Shown: positions 13,141 through 26,174 of the stretch, in pieces
Numbering within the stretch: position 1 is the first letter of the stretch
How the letters are laid out: each line of letters opens with the position of its first letter
Assembly: GCA_030295235.1 (NCBI GenBank)
Contig: AP026123.1
Coordinates: 1,426,001-1,490,000 of the forward strand
Length of the DNA: 64,000 bases
Source of the DNA: Fistulifera solaris
Taxonomy: Eukaryota
Direction of reading: 5' to 3'
Notes under the pieces: model-generated
Database searches by the model: none
What the model was told of the DNA's origin: nothing
What the model saw: the letters and a program-made list of their open reading frames with translations, nothing else
Made by a program: the position numbers and the translations under genes

Positions 13141-15383
13141 TTATGTCAAATCCCAAGTTTGTTCCGTTTTTAATTTGTAAGCAACGTCCTTTGGTCGATT
13201 TACATCCCAGACTGCAGTTTCTACAGATTCTCGGAAATGGCAGACTTCGTATGACTCCTTTTCAGACATAGTATCCCAAAGAAAAGTGTCGGCGTTGAAC
13301 AAAGACGAATTTGGCATGCCTTCCTTTCTTGACTCTTTGCGGTCGTCCAAGTTTCTGTGCAGTGACAGCTTTACAATCATATGATTCGTACCAACTATGG
13401 ATTCCGAGCTGTCTCTGCTTGTATCAGTATTGACAGGTGACCTTTGAGTAAATTCGATGGATTGACTAGCGGCATGAATCAAACTACGAACGGCGCACGG
13501 TAGAAGGATACCGCTGACCTCTGCAGCATCGTAGTAAGCCCCAGGACTATGCTCTGCCTCCAGGTTCGAATAATGAACCTCGAGTTGTTTCAAAGACGCA
13601 TTCAGAAATGGACCAAGCTTCCGGCAAAGAAGAAGCGGAAGCTCTGGCGATAACCCATTCGCTTTCGATGGGTTGATCTTCGGATCCTTCTTGATAGTAT
13701 CATTGAAGAAAAATTTACCACACGTTCTGTGATAGACATCGTAAAACTTTTCACAATCGGCAAATCCGGAGACAAACAAAGGTGATATAAATTTGGGAGT
13801 AGGTGAAAGTTTGCGAGAAGTTGCTGAAATCGATACGTCTGCCCCGGCTGTCTTTCCGCAAACTTGTGCGAGTCGAAGTGCCACCAAATCCTCATCCAAA
13901 TCGCAAGCAGTGTCATCTTTTCCTTGATTTTCTTTGCCGGCCGACTGTGTAGGTTGTTCATCGAATGTGTTATTCTTTCTAGAGTATCGCTCGAGCATTC
14001 TCCACGTGACCCCGAGAGGACGGAGCTTCTCACGCTGCTCCGGCGTTATGGACGAAATGATAATTTCGGGGACAAGTTCAGCTTTGACCAATTTGGAGGA
14101 CTCGCTTGAAATTCCGACCTTAAATAAAACCGTATGTTCCTTTCGCTGGGCATAAAAGTACGTCGCGGCCACTTCTTCGGCAAATGCGTCGTCGTTCTCC
14201 ATTTGTTTCTCGCATTGCATTTTGACCCGTTCGATCCAAGACGTATAGAGTGACGTGAATGATTCTTGCCATTCCTTTTCACGTGCCGAATGTAGATCGG
14301 CACCCGAAGTTTTCGACTGTGCGCCTTTGGTGAACGCCAAGGCTGGCATGCTGTTGGATCTAGAAAATCCCATCCGGCTGAGTGAGGAAGTAGAGGCATT
14401 TGCGCTCTTGCGCGAATGCACTGTATCATCTCTGGATGATGCCTGATCGGGAAGAGCGACCGGATATTGCCAATAGAACAGTCCTTGCTGCCATTGCATT
14501 GATGCGTCTTCGAGCTGATGTTGCGTATTATCGTGTTGTGAGTTGGTTGTCGGTGATTGTGACATGGGTGCGATAAATTGAACCAATGCCTTTTGTCGCG
14601 TAGATGACGTGCAGTGGTGAAGACTGTGACCTGGTGAACACTCGAACTCGAGCTTTGATTTGAGTGTCCAATCGATCCATTTGACTTGACCTGAAAATGA
14701 TAACGTGGCTTGGTGCCATTCTCGCTCGTGGCGTGGAGTGCTGGATCCGTATCGAGGTGTCATAGGAGTCTTAGGGGTCATTGGCGTCGAGGGAGCGCGT
14801 TGGTTTACTTCAAATGGGCTGGTTACTGATTTGACGAAATTCATCAAGTTAAAGCCTCCTGGGCTAGGCGCTGTTTTGTTATGAATTAGTTCCGATGTTT
14901 GAGGTGTAGAAGGCACGGTAGAAGGTTCTCCCGATTTCCATTGCTGTACGTTGCTCATGACAGCGCCAAAAAATGACGATCTACCTTTCGCAGCATTGTT
15001 ATGGTTTATTCCTTTCTCGGGGCTTTGAAAGGGTGGGATAACGCTTCTCGTGTCTCTTGACTAGACGGAAGCAAGGTTGCAGTTTCGAACGTAGACTCCG
15101 TTGCTTCATTTTGAAATAACCGAGACTGCGACACAGAAGATCCTCCTTCTTTGTTGCTGAGACTGCGTCGACGTCCGGAACTTCGACTGTTTTTGTCTTT
15201 GCTCTCAAACGACTTAGAACTAGCGGCGGCTTCAAACAGCAGTGATTTGCGGCTGTCCGATGTGGAAGGTGTCGGGGGTACGCTGGGTTGTTTCGGTCGC
15301 TTCAATAAAGTCGCATCGGGTGACTCAAACAGCTGATCTTCTGCAGATCGCCGTCGCTTTCCTTTGATATTTGGAAAATCCAT
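13141..15383 (-). CDS. DONSON: DONSON (downstream neighbor of SON) replisome factor homolog
   Basis: Motifs in the expected order: DWTLKSKLEF, LFYWQYP, EWQESFTSLY, YFY..HTVLF, LPLLL..GPFLNASLKQL and EVSGILLP. The disordered N-terminal ORF 15006-15383 joins via a frameshift near 15005. Confidence 0.82.
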
Positions 15384-15474
15384 TCCTTATTAGAGAAGAC
15401 TTGTGGCAATGCTTTTGAATATACTAGCAATGGTTTGACCAAATACCAGGTATGCGAAAGTTTACTTGCAAGAT

Positions 15475-15485
15475 TTTCCCGCCAA
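15475..15485 (+). promoter_or_regulatory. E2F-like site upstream of DONSON
   Basis: TTTCCCGCCAA, containing canonical TTTCCCGC, about 90 bp upstream of the DONSON ATG. Confidence 0.5.
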
Positions 15486-15553
15486 AAGTAAGGGATCTCG
15501 TGAAAGAGAATAAGTCGTGGGAAAATCTTGCAGAAAAAAGTAATCTACTCTCA

Positions 15554-15758
15554 GAGCTATAGTTTTCGACGTAAGAATCGTGAGCAGTACTCCAGAAAAT
15601 CTGGGGGTGTGGTGTTTACACGTGGTCCAGAAAATCTGGACCATTTGAATCCAGTTTCCAAAAAAATCTGGGAGAGTTGTGTTTACACGTGGTCCAGAAA
15701 ATCTGGACTAGTTCTATTTTCCCGTTCCCAGAAAAGCTGGAACTGTGGGCTATAGCTC
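15554..15758. repeat. Array of CCAGA-AAA-TCTGG palindromes with two CACGTG boxes, bounded by a 9-bp inverted repeat
   Basis: Motif copies at 15592, 15627, 15658 (variant), 15694 and 15728 (variant). GTTTACACGTGGTCCAGAAAATCTGGAC occurs twice at a 67-bp spacing. Ends are GAGCTATAG and CTATAGCTC. Confidence 0.85.
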
Positions 15759-16556
15759 GTCAAGAAAAGATAGCGAGGCAGCGAGGCCAAACTCTTTGAG
15801 CGCGGCGCGTTCGTAATTATAGCATGGTAAAATAATCAACACAGCACACAATTGAATGTATTTCTTATCACACCCGTCGAGCGATAGACTGGTGCATAAT
15901 CAAGAACATGTTCCGGAGCAACAGCAATGACGCCAGCTGTCGACGGCGTTGTGATTGACTGTTACTTGTCGTTGTCGATGGCTGCAACAGAATCAATGGT
16001 TTGATGGCTGGTCGCTCGTGATGAAGAGGGGCGACCGTTCTCACTCAACTGAAACATTTTAGGCAAATCATTAAAGGCTTTGGTAAGTAATTTGTTTTAA
16101 AGTAATTGTTACCTGCACGCATTTGGCGGTGAGAACGGCACCTACATATATCAAAGCAAGCAAGGTTTGAAACGACGCACATATGTGTCGAAACGATCTC
16201 CACACCTGGAGGCATGCTGATATCGACTCGTATTACGCGAGGACGTTGGAAAGGAAGGACTACTACACCTTCTTACTTTTCAGCGTTGCCAATATTATTG
16301 TGATTCTATGCTATTGTGCACCAACTTTCGAAAAGGGTAAGAAGTATTGCATTTTTCAATGAATTGATCTCTATTCGTTATGGTTCGCTCATCATCTGCC
16401 TCCTTTGATATCAACTCATTTTTTTAGTTTCCCGCGACGAGAATGTGGCGAGAGAAGTGACTTGAGTTGGACATTTATTCTACTTATCGAAATAAAACGC
16501 AAGCGGCTTAAAACTCATCATTCGTTTGCTTTCCGTTCTCACAGATGCCACGAACT

Positions 16557-19500
16557 CTAAAACAATTTCGCGTTGATGCGTCCCCAGTATTGCTTGTTGC
16601 ACTTTTCATGAAATTTGCCGACTTCCACATCGCAGAATTCTTCAACATCTTGGGGATCAACGTCAGGGCGTCCTTTCGAACTGTTGCTTTCTCCGGTTCC
16701 AATCACTTTGATTATGAGCATGCTACGCGGAGTTCCGGGCATTAACCATTTGTCGAATGCACTCGTCACATCGTCCTTGGTGATACTTCTCAATACGACG
16801 GCTTCATTACGCCATGCTTGCCACTCAAATCGACCATCTGCTATCTCGTCCCAGTACGAGCTCGTTTCCTCCGAAAGAGAATTGAACATATCCAGTTTTT
16901 GTGTCGCGACGGCTACAACATGGGAGTGAAAGACATCTTTGGGCATCTCCAGAAGCGTTTCGCGAAACTCAGTCAAGAAACGGTCCACGCGCTCCACGAC
17001 TTCTTCGGTACTCTTCACGCTCGTCACAACTTTGAAAAGGATACCGGTGATTCCCCACGACCAGCGTTCACTACAAGAGACATCGTAGCCGAACTGATCT
17101 TTTGTTCGAAGTTGATCAAACATGGGCTCGTCCATAATATGGACCAACAAATCTATCAAAGTACGCTCGCGGAGATTGTCTTTGCCGATCTGCAAGTAAA
17201 GCTCTACGGCGGTGTTGGGCTCCTGCGGATCTTTCGAAGGAACGAGAATGACGGATGGAGTCTTCGATGCCGGGATGCGCAGGACAGATTGGGGAGGATA
17301 TTGCTTCCGACGTAGTTCACAAGGCCCGGACTCCTTCAATGAAGTCACTATTAAGATCTTCATATCGTCAGCGCTTTTTCGGTCAAAATTCCCATGCAAC
17401 AGACTTTCGACGCAGACCTGAGAGAAGATATCGTGGATGGTCTGGCAGAATACTTCAACACTAATATTTTCCATCGCTTTTGATTTTTGGCTTGTCGACC
17501 AGACGGTGGGCCGCAATGCCTTCATCCTAATGCTGGACGCTTGACCGGAAGAGGTCATGTCGGAATTCTTGTAGCTTCGTCGTTGAATTTCCAAGCAAAC
17601 ATCAAATCGATCCTTGGTTATTGAGGAAGGAAGCTTAACGTCACTTTTTCGGAAGCTTAAAATTGTTTGTAAGGACGTTATAAGTAAGTCTTTCATCTTG
17701 TCGTTGAAGCCGTGCAGTCGTAAGCCGAAACCGGAGTCGGTAACGGAAAGCGACGAAAACAGCTCACAAAGCTCAGCCTGATACCTAGCTCCCGTAAGTG
17801 CATCCGAGCACAACTGGACCATAAGCTCGGCACATGCCATATGCAGAGGTGATGCATTCGCCTTCTGGCAAACTATCTGCATCCGGAGATCAGCGAAAGG
17901 CCGGTGGAAGGTACGGTCCTGCATCCACCAGAGCTTGAGAGTGTTTGTGTCGGAAATCAATAAAGGAAGGCGGTGTGGGGGCGCAGGGGGGTCAATGGGA
18001 GGGAAACTCTTTCCCTCCAAGACGTCGAAGTCGCTTTCATCCCCAAGCATTCTGCGCGGCTTGCCACTCAACGACAAAGATAAAATCCTGAACTTAGTCT
18101 TCTTCTTGTCCATTGTTCCTTCAAAACCAGTAAAAACGTTCTCTGGCGTATAGAAAGATGGTTCTTCATCCAACTCGTGCCACATTTCCTCTTCGTCCTC
18201 GTACGAAACTAAAACAGCATTTTTGTCTGGTCGTATTGAAGAATCAATCCAGGCAACCATTGCTTGGATTTACCCACAGGAATGCAAAGTTTTATTGAAC
18301 TATTTAGCAAAGTATGCCGCGTGTCATTTGCAGGGAGTGGCATGAGACTCAAGTTTTCAGGGATAAATGGATTGCGTGGTGGCAGAAATAGGTCAGAAGT
18401 CGCCGGTTTCGGGTCCCTCGTGGCAGTAAGCTCATCCAACCACTGTTGAGTGATGGAATGGCACCAGAAACGTGTACCGAACATTGGTTCAGTTTGAGGA
18501 GGATTCGATTTAAACGGATGAAAATCACCGTCATCTTCTTCGGTGATAAGTTCCTCAATCATGGTAGATTGTGACAATGACTCGTCTTCTTTGAAGTCCG
18601 CTGCCCTACCATACGACGACGATGTGAGTTCAATACGACAATTCATGGGCGTAAAGAACGTTTCCAGTAAATTGCGAACCAAGTCTGGTCTACATTCGAA
18701 AAACAGTGAGTTACCGTCCAATATTCTTTCCGGAGGAAGCATCAAATGGGGTGCCATGTTGTCGACGATTTCATCAACAAGCTCGTCTGGAGAGCTTTCA
18801 TTCTGAAAACGATATGTTAAATCGTGTATCTGCTTTATTTCTTTGTAGATCCAATCAGGCCATCCCTTTTCCGAGTAGTATCTCAGTATGCCGATGTACT
18901 CATATACCTTTGTCACAATTGATCGCCATTGCGCCAAGCCCTTCTCAGTAAGATTAAAACTGAAGGAAAATAGCGCGTGGGTGCTGGCAACTTCACTTCC
19001 ATCGTCGCCGATACCAGCCATGCATGAAACAACTAGACCCTGGTCACGAAACAAAGCAAAGAGCGAGCCCGGGGCTTCGTGGCCCAAAAGATGTGAAAGA
19101 AAATCACCTGTGGACGACAGTGGCAACTCAGGAGTCAGATGCTAAGCGACATTAAAAGTCTGAAAGAGTTTAAGATGTCCTTACATGGCTTGCTTCTCCA
19201 ATTTTCAAACTGTGGCGGAAGTTGCCATACAAGGCATAAGATGTGGCGATCCTTGACGGGTACGATCCGAAATATTTTTGCCATATTTTGCTCCTCCAGT
19301 GCGGGTCCACTTTCCAAGATCGGCGCTCGATAGGATGCATTCCAGTTTCCAATTTTCGAAGGCTCCACTGGGAGTGAGTAGGGTCCGTTTTCCCTGGGTA
19401 ACGGAGGAATCTCCGAGAAGATCTTGGTAACCTTCGCCTCCAATTCGTCCAGTGTGTAAGCACCAATAACAGCCACCCGCATATTGGCCCCGTAGTAGTA

Positions 19501-20486
19501 TTGGTTGAAAAACGATCTCATTTCTTTCAGCGGCTCAAAACCATCTCTCTTGGGAAATTCAGACAAGCTCTTCAAATTTCCCCACCCGAATTTCGCAATG
19601 GGGTGATCTTTTCTCGCAGTAGAACAAAGAAGCTGCTGTCTCCTGCAGCTGTCTGAATTCTTATGCAGCTCAAACTCGGACTCGATGGAATTCAATTCAC
19701 GCTCAACAGCGGATTCAAGCAAGAGCGGTGAAACGAAATGCTGCGCAAGACGATCCAGGGCAGGCCAAAGAAACGGCTGAGGGATCGAAAGATTGTACGT
19801 GGTTTTCTCCCACTCAGTACACGCGTTATCTGATCCACCATGTCTAGCAACGAACCCCTCGTAAGAGTTCTCCTCAGGATACTTTTGACTGCCCATGAAG
19901 AGGAGGTGTCTGGGGTCGAGAAGGAAATGCGGCCGTTAGTACTTGATCAGTCCGAAGGCAGAGGCGTCTCGGCTATACTGCACTTACTCTAGAAAATGAG
20001 CCTTTCAAGTAGTCAAGCATAGGTGTGTTAGAAAATGCTAGGCTCGGGAAGAAAAGACTAATTTCTAATTCTTTCAGATCTTACCATTCCCTGGCAACTC
20101 AGGGGATCGTACATCGAACCCGCCCCAACAAGAACCGCAGCTGCGGCATCTCGTATTCCATCATTGGATTCGCTGTCAACACTGTCCTCCTCTCCTCTGC
20201 TACCGCTTTCTCTTCCTTCCTCTTGGCTTTCAGTCGTCCCATCATCAGAAACGCTTCCCTCGTCAATCTCATCATCAATGTCGTAGTAGTCGTCAACCGA
20301 ATTCATATGCATTGCGACAGTATCTTGGATTAGTAGACACCGAATCCCATTGGGGAGAAGAATTTGACGGTACAACTTTTTATCTAGCTCTCCACGGCTT
20401 GCATTCAAATCGGGGCCCCGAATAGCCGTTACACCTTCCAGGCCATCGTTGTGAGAAGGGTCGGCGCAACCACCTCGTGGTGTCAT
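16557..20486 (-). CDS. M16A metalloendopeptidase (nardilysin/insulysin-like)
   Basis: YRQILLPNG, an acidic stretch, and GM|AHFLE|HLLFMGSQKYP (inverted zinc motif HxxEH). Also SHLLGHEAPGSL and FDQLRTKDQFGY. Introns 20002-20084, 19910-19987 and 19108-19184. Frameshift in the homopolymer near 18222. Confidence 0.95.
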
Positions 20487-21159
20487 TTTTTCAACTAAAG
20501 GGTCCTATAAATACGCGCACCCAAACGTCTTTGCTTGTTAGACAATGAAGAATGCAATTTCTGTTTTAAAAGAGAAATATGAGCAAGTACACGATGCTAA
20601 TTACTCCGTATTACGTATTAGTAATGAAGAATGAAGAGAAAAAATGAAGCAATAATTGTTTATTTTCCACGGCACGCTATTCAATGGTGGGGCGGACGAC
20701 GGACACGCATCTACGACTTAAACTTCTACGTATCAGTCCCGGTTTGTCAGAAAAGGAAGGAGTACAAGTACTGTACCAGGTACAGTACCGGTAGACAATG
20801 CTCAGTGATTTCAATTTTTTTTAGAAATAGATCTAGCACGCACCTGGCTTTCAGTTCCAGGTCCCCTCATCGGAAATCGGCGATCTACCCATTCTTACAT
20901 ACTGGTGTTAACCTTCAACAATGTGGAAACGGAAACAAGGAGGGCCTTCGCTCAGGAGAAATAATGATGCCAGAGCTGAGCCGAAATATCTGTTTTCGAG
21001 ACCGATTTAATATACCCTTGATATAAACACGTAGATGAGCAGAGAGCCTAATCTACTCTCAGCAAAAATAAACTTGGTGCGATAATAATATTCAGAACGT
21101 GCTACTATTTTATACATTGATGACCAACGCCGCTGCGAATTAATACTTGTTAACAAGTC

Positions 21160-23465
21160 TCATCTAGCCATACCCAAGCCTTGCCAATTTTGATCTCCCC
21201 GTGCTAAACCCGCAAACCTACCACCTAAGATAGACTCGACCACTGCTTCTGAAGACCTTAAGCGCCGCAATTCATGCAAAAGATCTGCTCGCTCATAAAG
21301 TGGAAACATGTCCATTAGCTGGTCGAGGGCAGCTGCTTCTTCCTCCGCTGACATAGGAACCAGACCGGAAACTAACAAAATTCGGCGAAGAATCGAGGGG
21401 CGATCGCCTAGATCGTTCTCGTTGTTTGTATTGTTTCCAACGTTGTCGTTAGCATGAAGTGGTCGTCGTACAACTTCAAAAGAAAATGCAGGCAGCGGTA
21501 ACCAGCCGGGAAAAACGCCTTCGGTGGAAAATCTAAAAAGTGCTCTTTCCCCCGCAATATTGTTTGTCGTATTGTTATCAGCAATCACCGTACCGGTACC
21601 AGTGGTAGCAGTGGTGCCAGTGCCTTGATTACGCTCCGCGGCGATTCGGATTGGCTACTAGCAGCATTATCAGCGTCTCGTGTAACTTCTACTTGGGCGC
21701 TCGCAGCGTGTGACACATTATCAACATCGCCAGTTGCGGTGTTATCACCTTGCATTCGACCATTTCCACGATGATGTTGCCCATCCATTATCGATGCCCG
21801 ACACAATGGGCAGCGCGCTGCTTCCATCGACCTCGCCTTTTCTATTACTTGTCGAAGACATGGGGTGTGATACAAATGCCCGCATCCAATCTTTTTCACA
21901 TTGCCGCTTGTCATACTGCCTAGACAAATGCAGCACACATCCCCCGTTGCCGTTGCTTTCCGAATTTCAATATCAGTTGCATCGTCAAACCTGCCATTCA
22001 TATCGCGAGCAATCCTAAAAGGTCACGCCTCTCTGCGATCTTCTTCGATGCAGACGACAGGGCAGAGTGCACTTGCAAGGACAACACTCCATCCAATAGT
22101 GTAAGACTCAAACCTTTTTCGCACCAAATATGAATGAAATGGGCAACGGTTACCAAATGATTGAAAAGCTGCAATCCAAAAACAGCAGACTCGAGCACGA
22201 AAATGCGCTGCGTATGTTGCTGCCCCATCGCTGCGATGCTCGCCTCCAAGCGCTGTGTTTCCCGAATGTCGTCTTCATTAAGTTCAGCGCCTTCGACCGA
22301 AGAGCGCTGGTGAATACGAAGTTGTTGTATTTCAAATTCATGAATGCGCTCGACATGCTGCGCTTCAACAACCTGCCCAACATGCATCAATATATGACAA
22401 ATTACATCCAGTCCAAGTAGGACACAATCGCAAGTGAGAAGCATGACTCTTTTCCATCCTACTTCGTGAAATAGAGCGACGCAGAATGCGGCAGCGAGGC
22501 AATCCGATATCAGGACCGAAACGAGTAGTACCAATACCCCGGGTCGCGGAGGCTGCCCCGACTGAATCGTGTGACGTGTCGTCCCATTGCTTAGATGCGA
22601 AAGGCTGCGTAGAAACGACAATAACGTATACCAACTGAGTAAAATGATCAAGTCCAGGGTGTCGGGCGCAACAACGGCTGAAATCAGGAGAAACTTGAAC
22701 ACGAGAAATCCCCCTAGCCGTTCTCTCCCTACGGAGGAAGCCCAGTCATTCGAATGGCGTAAATCGGAGCCAAGAAACCAGTCGGCAATGGTACCGTGAA
22801 TGAGAAAAGTCATGGCAAGAAAAGATTGGTGATAACAACAAGTCTCGCGGTGCTTGTCGTTATTTTGTCGATCAATTTCGTAAGATTTTCAGAACTTGAC
22901 TCGAAGAAGAATGGATCAAGCATGAATTTCAAAAATGATTTGTAGTTCGAAATAAATCCTTCCGGTCGAATGCTAGATCTCTTTCCACCATGATTCGAAA
23001 CGCGATTATCCGGACGAAGCAGCCACCTCAACCAGGGAAACTTTTCCTTTTCAACGGTTCGTCGTCTTCTTGCGGTATTTCCTCTTCCTGCTTCTCAACA
23101 GGTACGCCCAGTCCAATAAAAGTAGCAAGTCGGTTCCAGTGGAAACTAACATCGTGGATTTCGGGAAGAATATCACTTTTTCGGTCGCTGTTACGGGCGG
23201 CTAACGTGACAGGAGGATCTGCGTACATACTCAAGTCGCCGCCTAACTTCACCGGAGAATACGCTTGCGCTGTAATGATTGCCAAGCCCGCCAAGATGAT
23301 TGAAACAATGTAATAAAGGCGAGAAACTGTCAACACAGACTCCGCGTTGGATTGTGTTCGTAAGAACGGAGACTGAGCCGGATTTCCGAGCGCCGGTGGT
23401 GCTGGGGCTTCCTCGGGTTGCCCTGTTCGCCTCCGCCGTAGCCCTATTGCCGCGTCGTCCGCCAT
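21160..23465 (-). CDS. ERAD RING-H2 E3 ubiquitin ligase (gp78/AMFR-HRD1-like) with a C-terminal CUE domain
   Basis: Multi-pass hydrophobic segment, RING CCICLGSM..GCGHLYHTPCL..CPLC, and CUE-like LDQLMDMFP..DLLHEL..EAVVESIL. Several frameshifts split it into 5 ORFs. Confidence 0.85.
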
Positions 23466-24090
23466 TTCTCTCTTCGGGGTCAACTTTACTCGTCTCTGCT
23501 CATGCGGATTGAATAAGACTAGCGATGATCACCCGCAATAGCGAATACGAGCGGAAAGGATAATCATGGAACGATGCAACAGGATGCGAGTGCGAGGTGT
23601 CCCACAAAAAAAGTCGTCTACTATTCATTCGATACTAAAATGGGTCAGAGAACGCGTCCTAAATCGAAGACCTCCCCCATTTTCGCGGTACTCAGCCACA
23701 CAAACTTGTACACTCGCTTCTTAACGTTTTTGTCTACTGTACCTGGTACGACAACGAAGAAATAAGAAATACGAAACACGACTTCGAAAGTTACCAGTGC
23801 GACAGCATTACACAACACCACTTTTTGCTGTCGCGACGACTTCTTTCTGTTGCAATCGATGCTGATCATGTTTTATTATTTCGATCAATACAACCCGCTT
23901 GTATCCGAAGTCACTCGTAAAAGTCAACTTTACGGTGAACGTTTAAAAGAAGCCTTGTAATCGCATAAAAGGCTATTACACCGTCAAAAGAAGCGAAAGC
24001 GAGATAAAATCATCATCGACGGACGGCTATTGTTCTCAAGTACAGTACCTGCGGCTTCTTTTCTTTCGTACATCCACTCCTCCTCCAACA

Positions 24091-24558
24091 ATGCAAAACC
24101 ATTTCAACCATCCTTACACATCGGAAGAGTTTTGGCGCAAGAGACCGCATCCGAGTCGGGTCAATGATTACGACAGCGATGATTCGTCCACCACCGGAAG
24201 CCCATGGCGGGCCATGAAACGACTTCGAGTAGGAGCAGGACCATCCCGCGAGGACTATCCAGAACCTATGAGCCCAGAAATTGAACGAGTCGTCAGTCAA
24301 ACAGAAAGTCATACTGAATCAGCGGCGTCCAAGGACGAAGACTACGCCAATTTCAACAAACTACTCGGTGCTCTGCATCTCGAACGAATGAATCGTGACA
24401 GAGTGCGATCAACCTCCACTCGACCTGTCGCTGGTACTCCTGTCAAGCCTTCGAACACGCAAGAAAACAAGGATGATAGCATGATGATGACAACACCTGA
24501 GAAAGGACGGATACGACGTACACAAACCAAACTTAAGACGAACACGAAGCTGGCTTAG
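24091..24558 (+). CDS. Hypothetical protein (155 aa)
   Basis: Clean ATG-initiated ORF with AMKRLRV and YANFNKLLGALHLER motifs. No family recognised. Confidence 0.65.
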   Translation: MQNHFNHPYTSEEFWRKRPHPSRVNDYDSDDSSTTGSPWRAMKRLRVGAGPSREDYPEPMSPEIERVVSQTESHTESAASKDEDYANFNKLLGALHLERMNRDRVRSTSTRPVAGTPVKPSNTQENKDDSMMMTTPEKGRIRRTQTKLKTNTKLA

Positions 24559-25018
24559 TGGAGTCGAGTGTTTTGGAATAGATTTAGCCCCTTACAGCGA
24601 ATTGGTGATTCAATTCAAAATACAACTGTCGCGCTAAGAGAGCTCTTATTTGTAATTGTATACTATAACTTCAGTCGCTTTAAAACGGGTTCTTCGTGCG
24701 TCGACTTTACACAATACATAATTTGTCATGACAAACAGAAATAGTTTATTTTACGGACTAGCTATGCAGCGTTTCCATAACTTTATCAGTGAAAGGAGAA
24801 AGATTAGTATTCCTTATGCATGCTGCCGGTGCAAAGGAATATCCTTTATGCTCGCGCTGCTTCCTGCGAGGTAAAAGGAGAAAAAGAGAAGGAGTAAGTA
24901 AGCTTGTCGAACGACGATTCCGCAGTACTTCCCTCCGTATAAACATCGTAACATCTTCGATTATTAAATCGAAAACAAAGCGTATTGCGAATCGTGACGG
25001 AGCCTATGTCCGTGTTTT

Positions 25019-25286
25019 TCAAACAAATAGTTCGCTTTCGCGGGCGGAGCAACATTCAGTGCCATTCCCTCCACTCACCATTTTGCGTCTCCAATTCTCC
25101 GCATCCGGATCAAAGATAAAGTTGTGTTCATTCGTGAACATAAGATCAAATACAAACAAGAAGGTTATCAACAGCACGGCCGTCAACCATTGCAACCATC
25201 CCGTTGTTCCTTGAGGAGTACGAGGCGAACGCAAAGAACGTCAATAAGAGGATCAGCATCACTTGCAGCTTTTGACGGAGAATCAT
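25019..25286 (-). CDS. Possible small single-pass membrane protein
   Basis: Hydrophobic WLQWLTAVLLITFLFVFDLMF followed by HNFIFDPDAENWRRKM and a GTGAGT donor near 25078. Start and 3' exon are uncertain. Confidence 0.35.
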
Positions 25287-26174
25287 TGTCGGATTGTTAC
25301 GTAATTTAAGAAGTAATAGAACAAGTCAATAGTTTGTGAAGGGATCGTTATTGTCTTCGGTGTTGTCCTTTTTCAAAACGCAGCGCGGCCAAAAACAAAA
25401 AAGGTGCATCGTGAAAATATAGCAGGCACGAAAAAAGCGAGCGGACATGGGCTGGCTCGCGTGACGAGAATTATTTTACTTAGGAAAAATATGCCGAATC
25501 GGGTACATTTTAGCTTATAGCCGTACTCTTCTCCAATGCTGTCCCGGATCCATTTCATTCCCGAGCAGCCTGTGCGGAGCGAAAACGAGACGCGACGACG
25601 TCGCGTGCGATCTCACACCAACAAAAGTCGTTGTTTTCGTCTCTTTTGCGAAGCCTTTGGAGATCTGAGGTCTGTTATTACTACTTATCATACCTCCTTG
25701 TAGGAAATACTTTGTCTTGTATCAGCAAAAGGAAAGCAAGCCACCCATTTCTATTGTTACGGCGTCATTTCGCGGACGCATTTGAGTCGTATCTTTCTTG
25801 TAAGATCCGAAAGTAGAAGACTTGACATCGCAAGTGGTTGGCTCTTGGTGAGTTATTTCTGACGGGTGGCAGGTTGCTTAAATTTCTTTGCGTATCCGCA
25901 GTAAAAGCAAGAAGATTTTCGAAAAGATACCTTGTTTCCGCACTTAAAATCGAAAGAGAAAGTTGTCGCGCGTCATTTGTCACGACTTACTAATCCAATC
26001 TTTGCTTCTGCATCTGCAATTATACAGGAAACGCATTTGAAGGTCGTTGCTACTTGGCTTGTTTCTTTTACTGATATCTTGTATCTTAAGATTCAAGATT
26101 GTCTGTTGAGTGTCACCTTGCATTGCCCAAGCGAAAGGATCTCGCCACACATTTGAATACTTTCCAGCGCTTCT

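Noticed and set aside
15592..15740. Repeat-spacer pattern superficially like a CRISPR array
   Set aside because: The repeats are only 13 bp, the spacers are themselves duplicated, the context is eukaryotic and there are no cas genes.
15900..16500. Splice-like signals and short ORFs between DONSON and the M16 gene
   Set aside because: No coherent reading frame or recognisable product. At most a decayed fragment.
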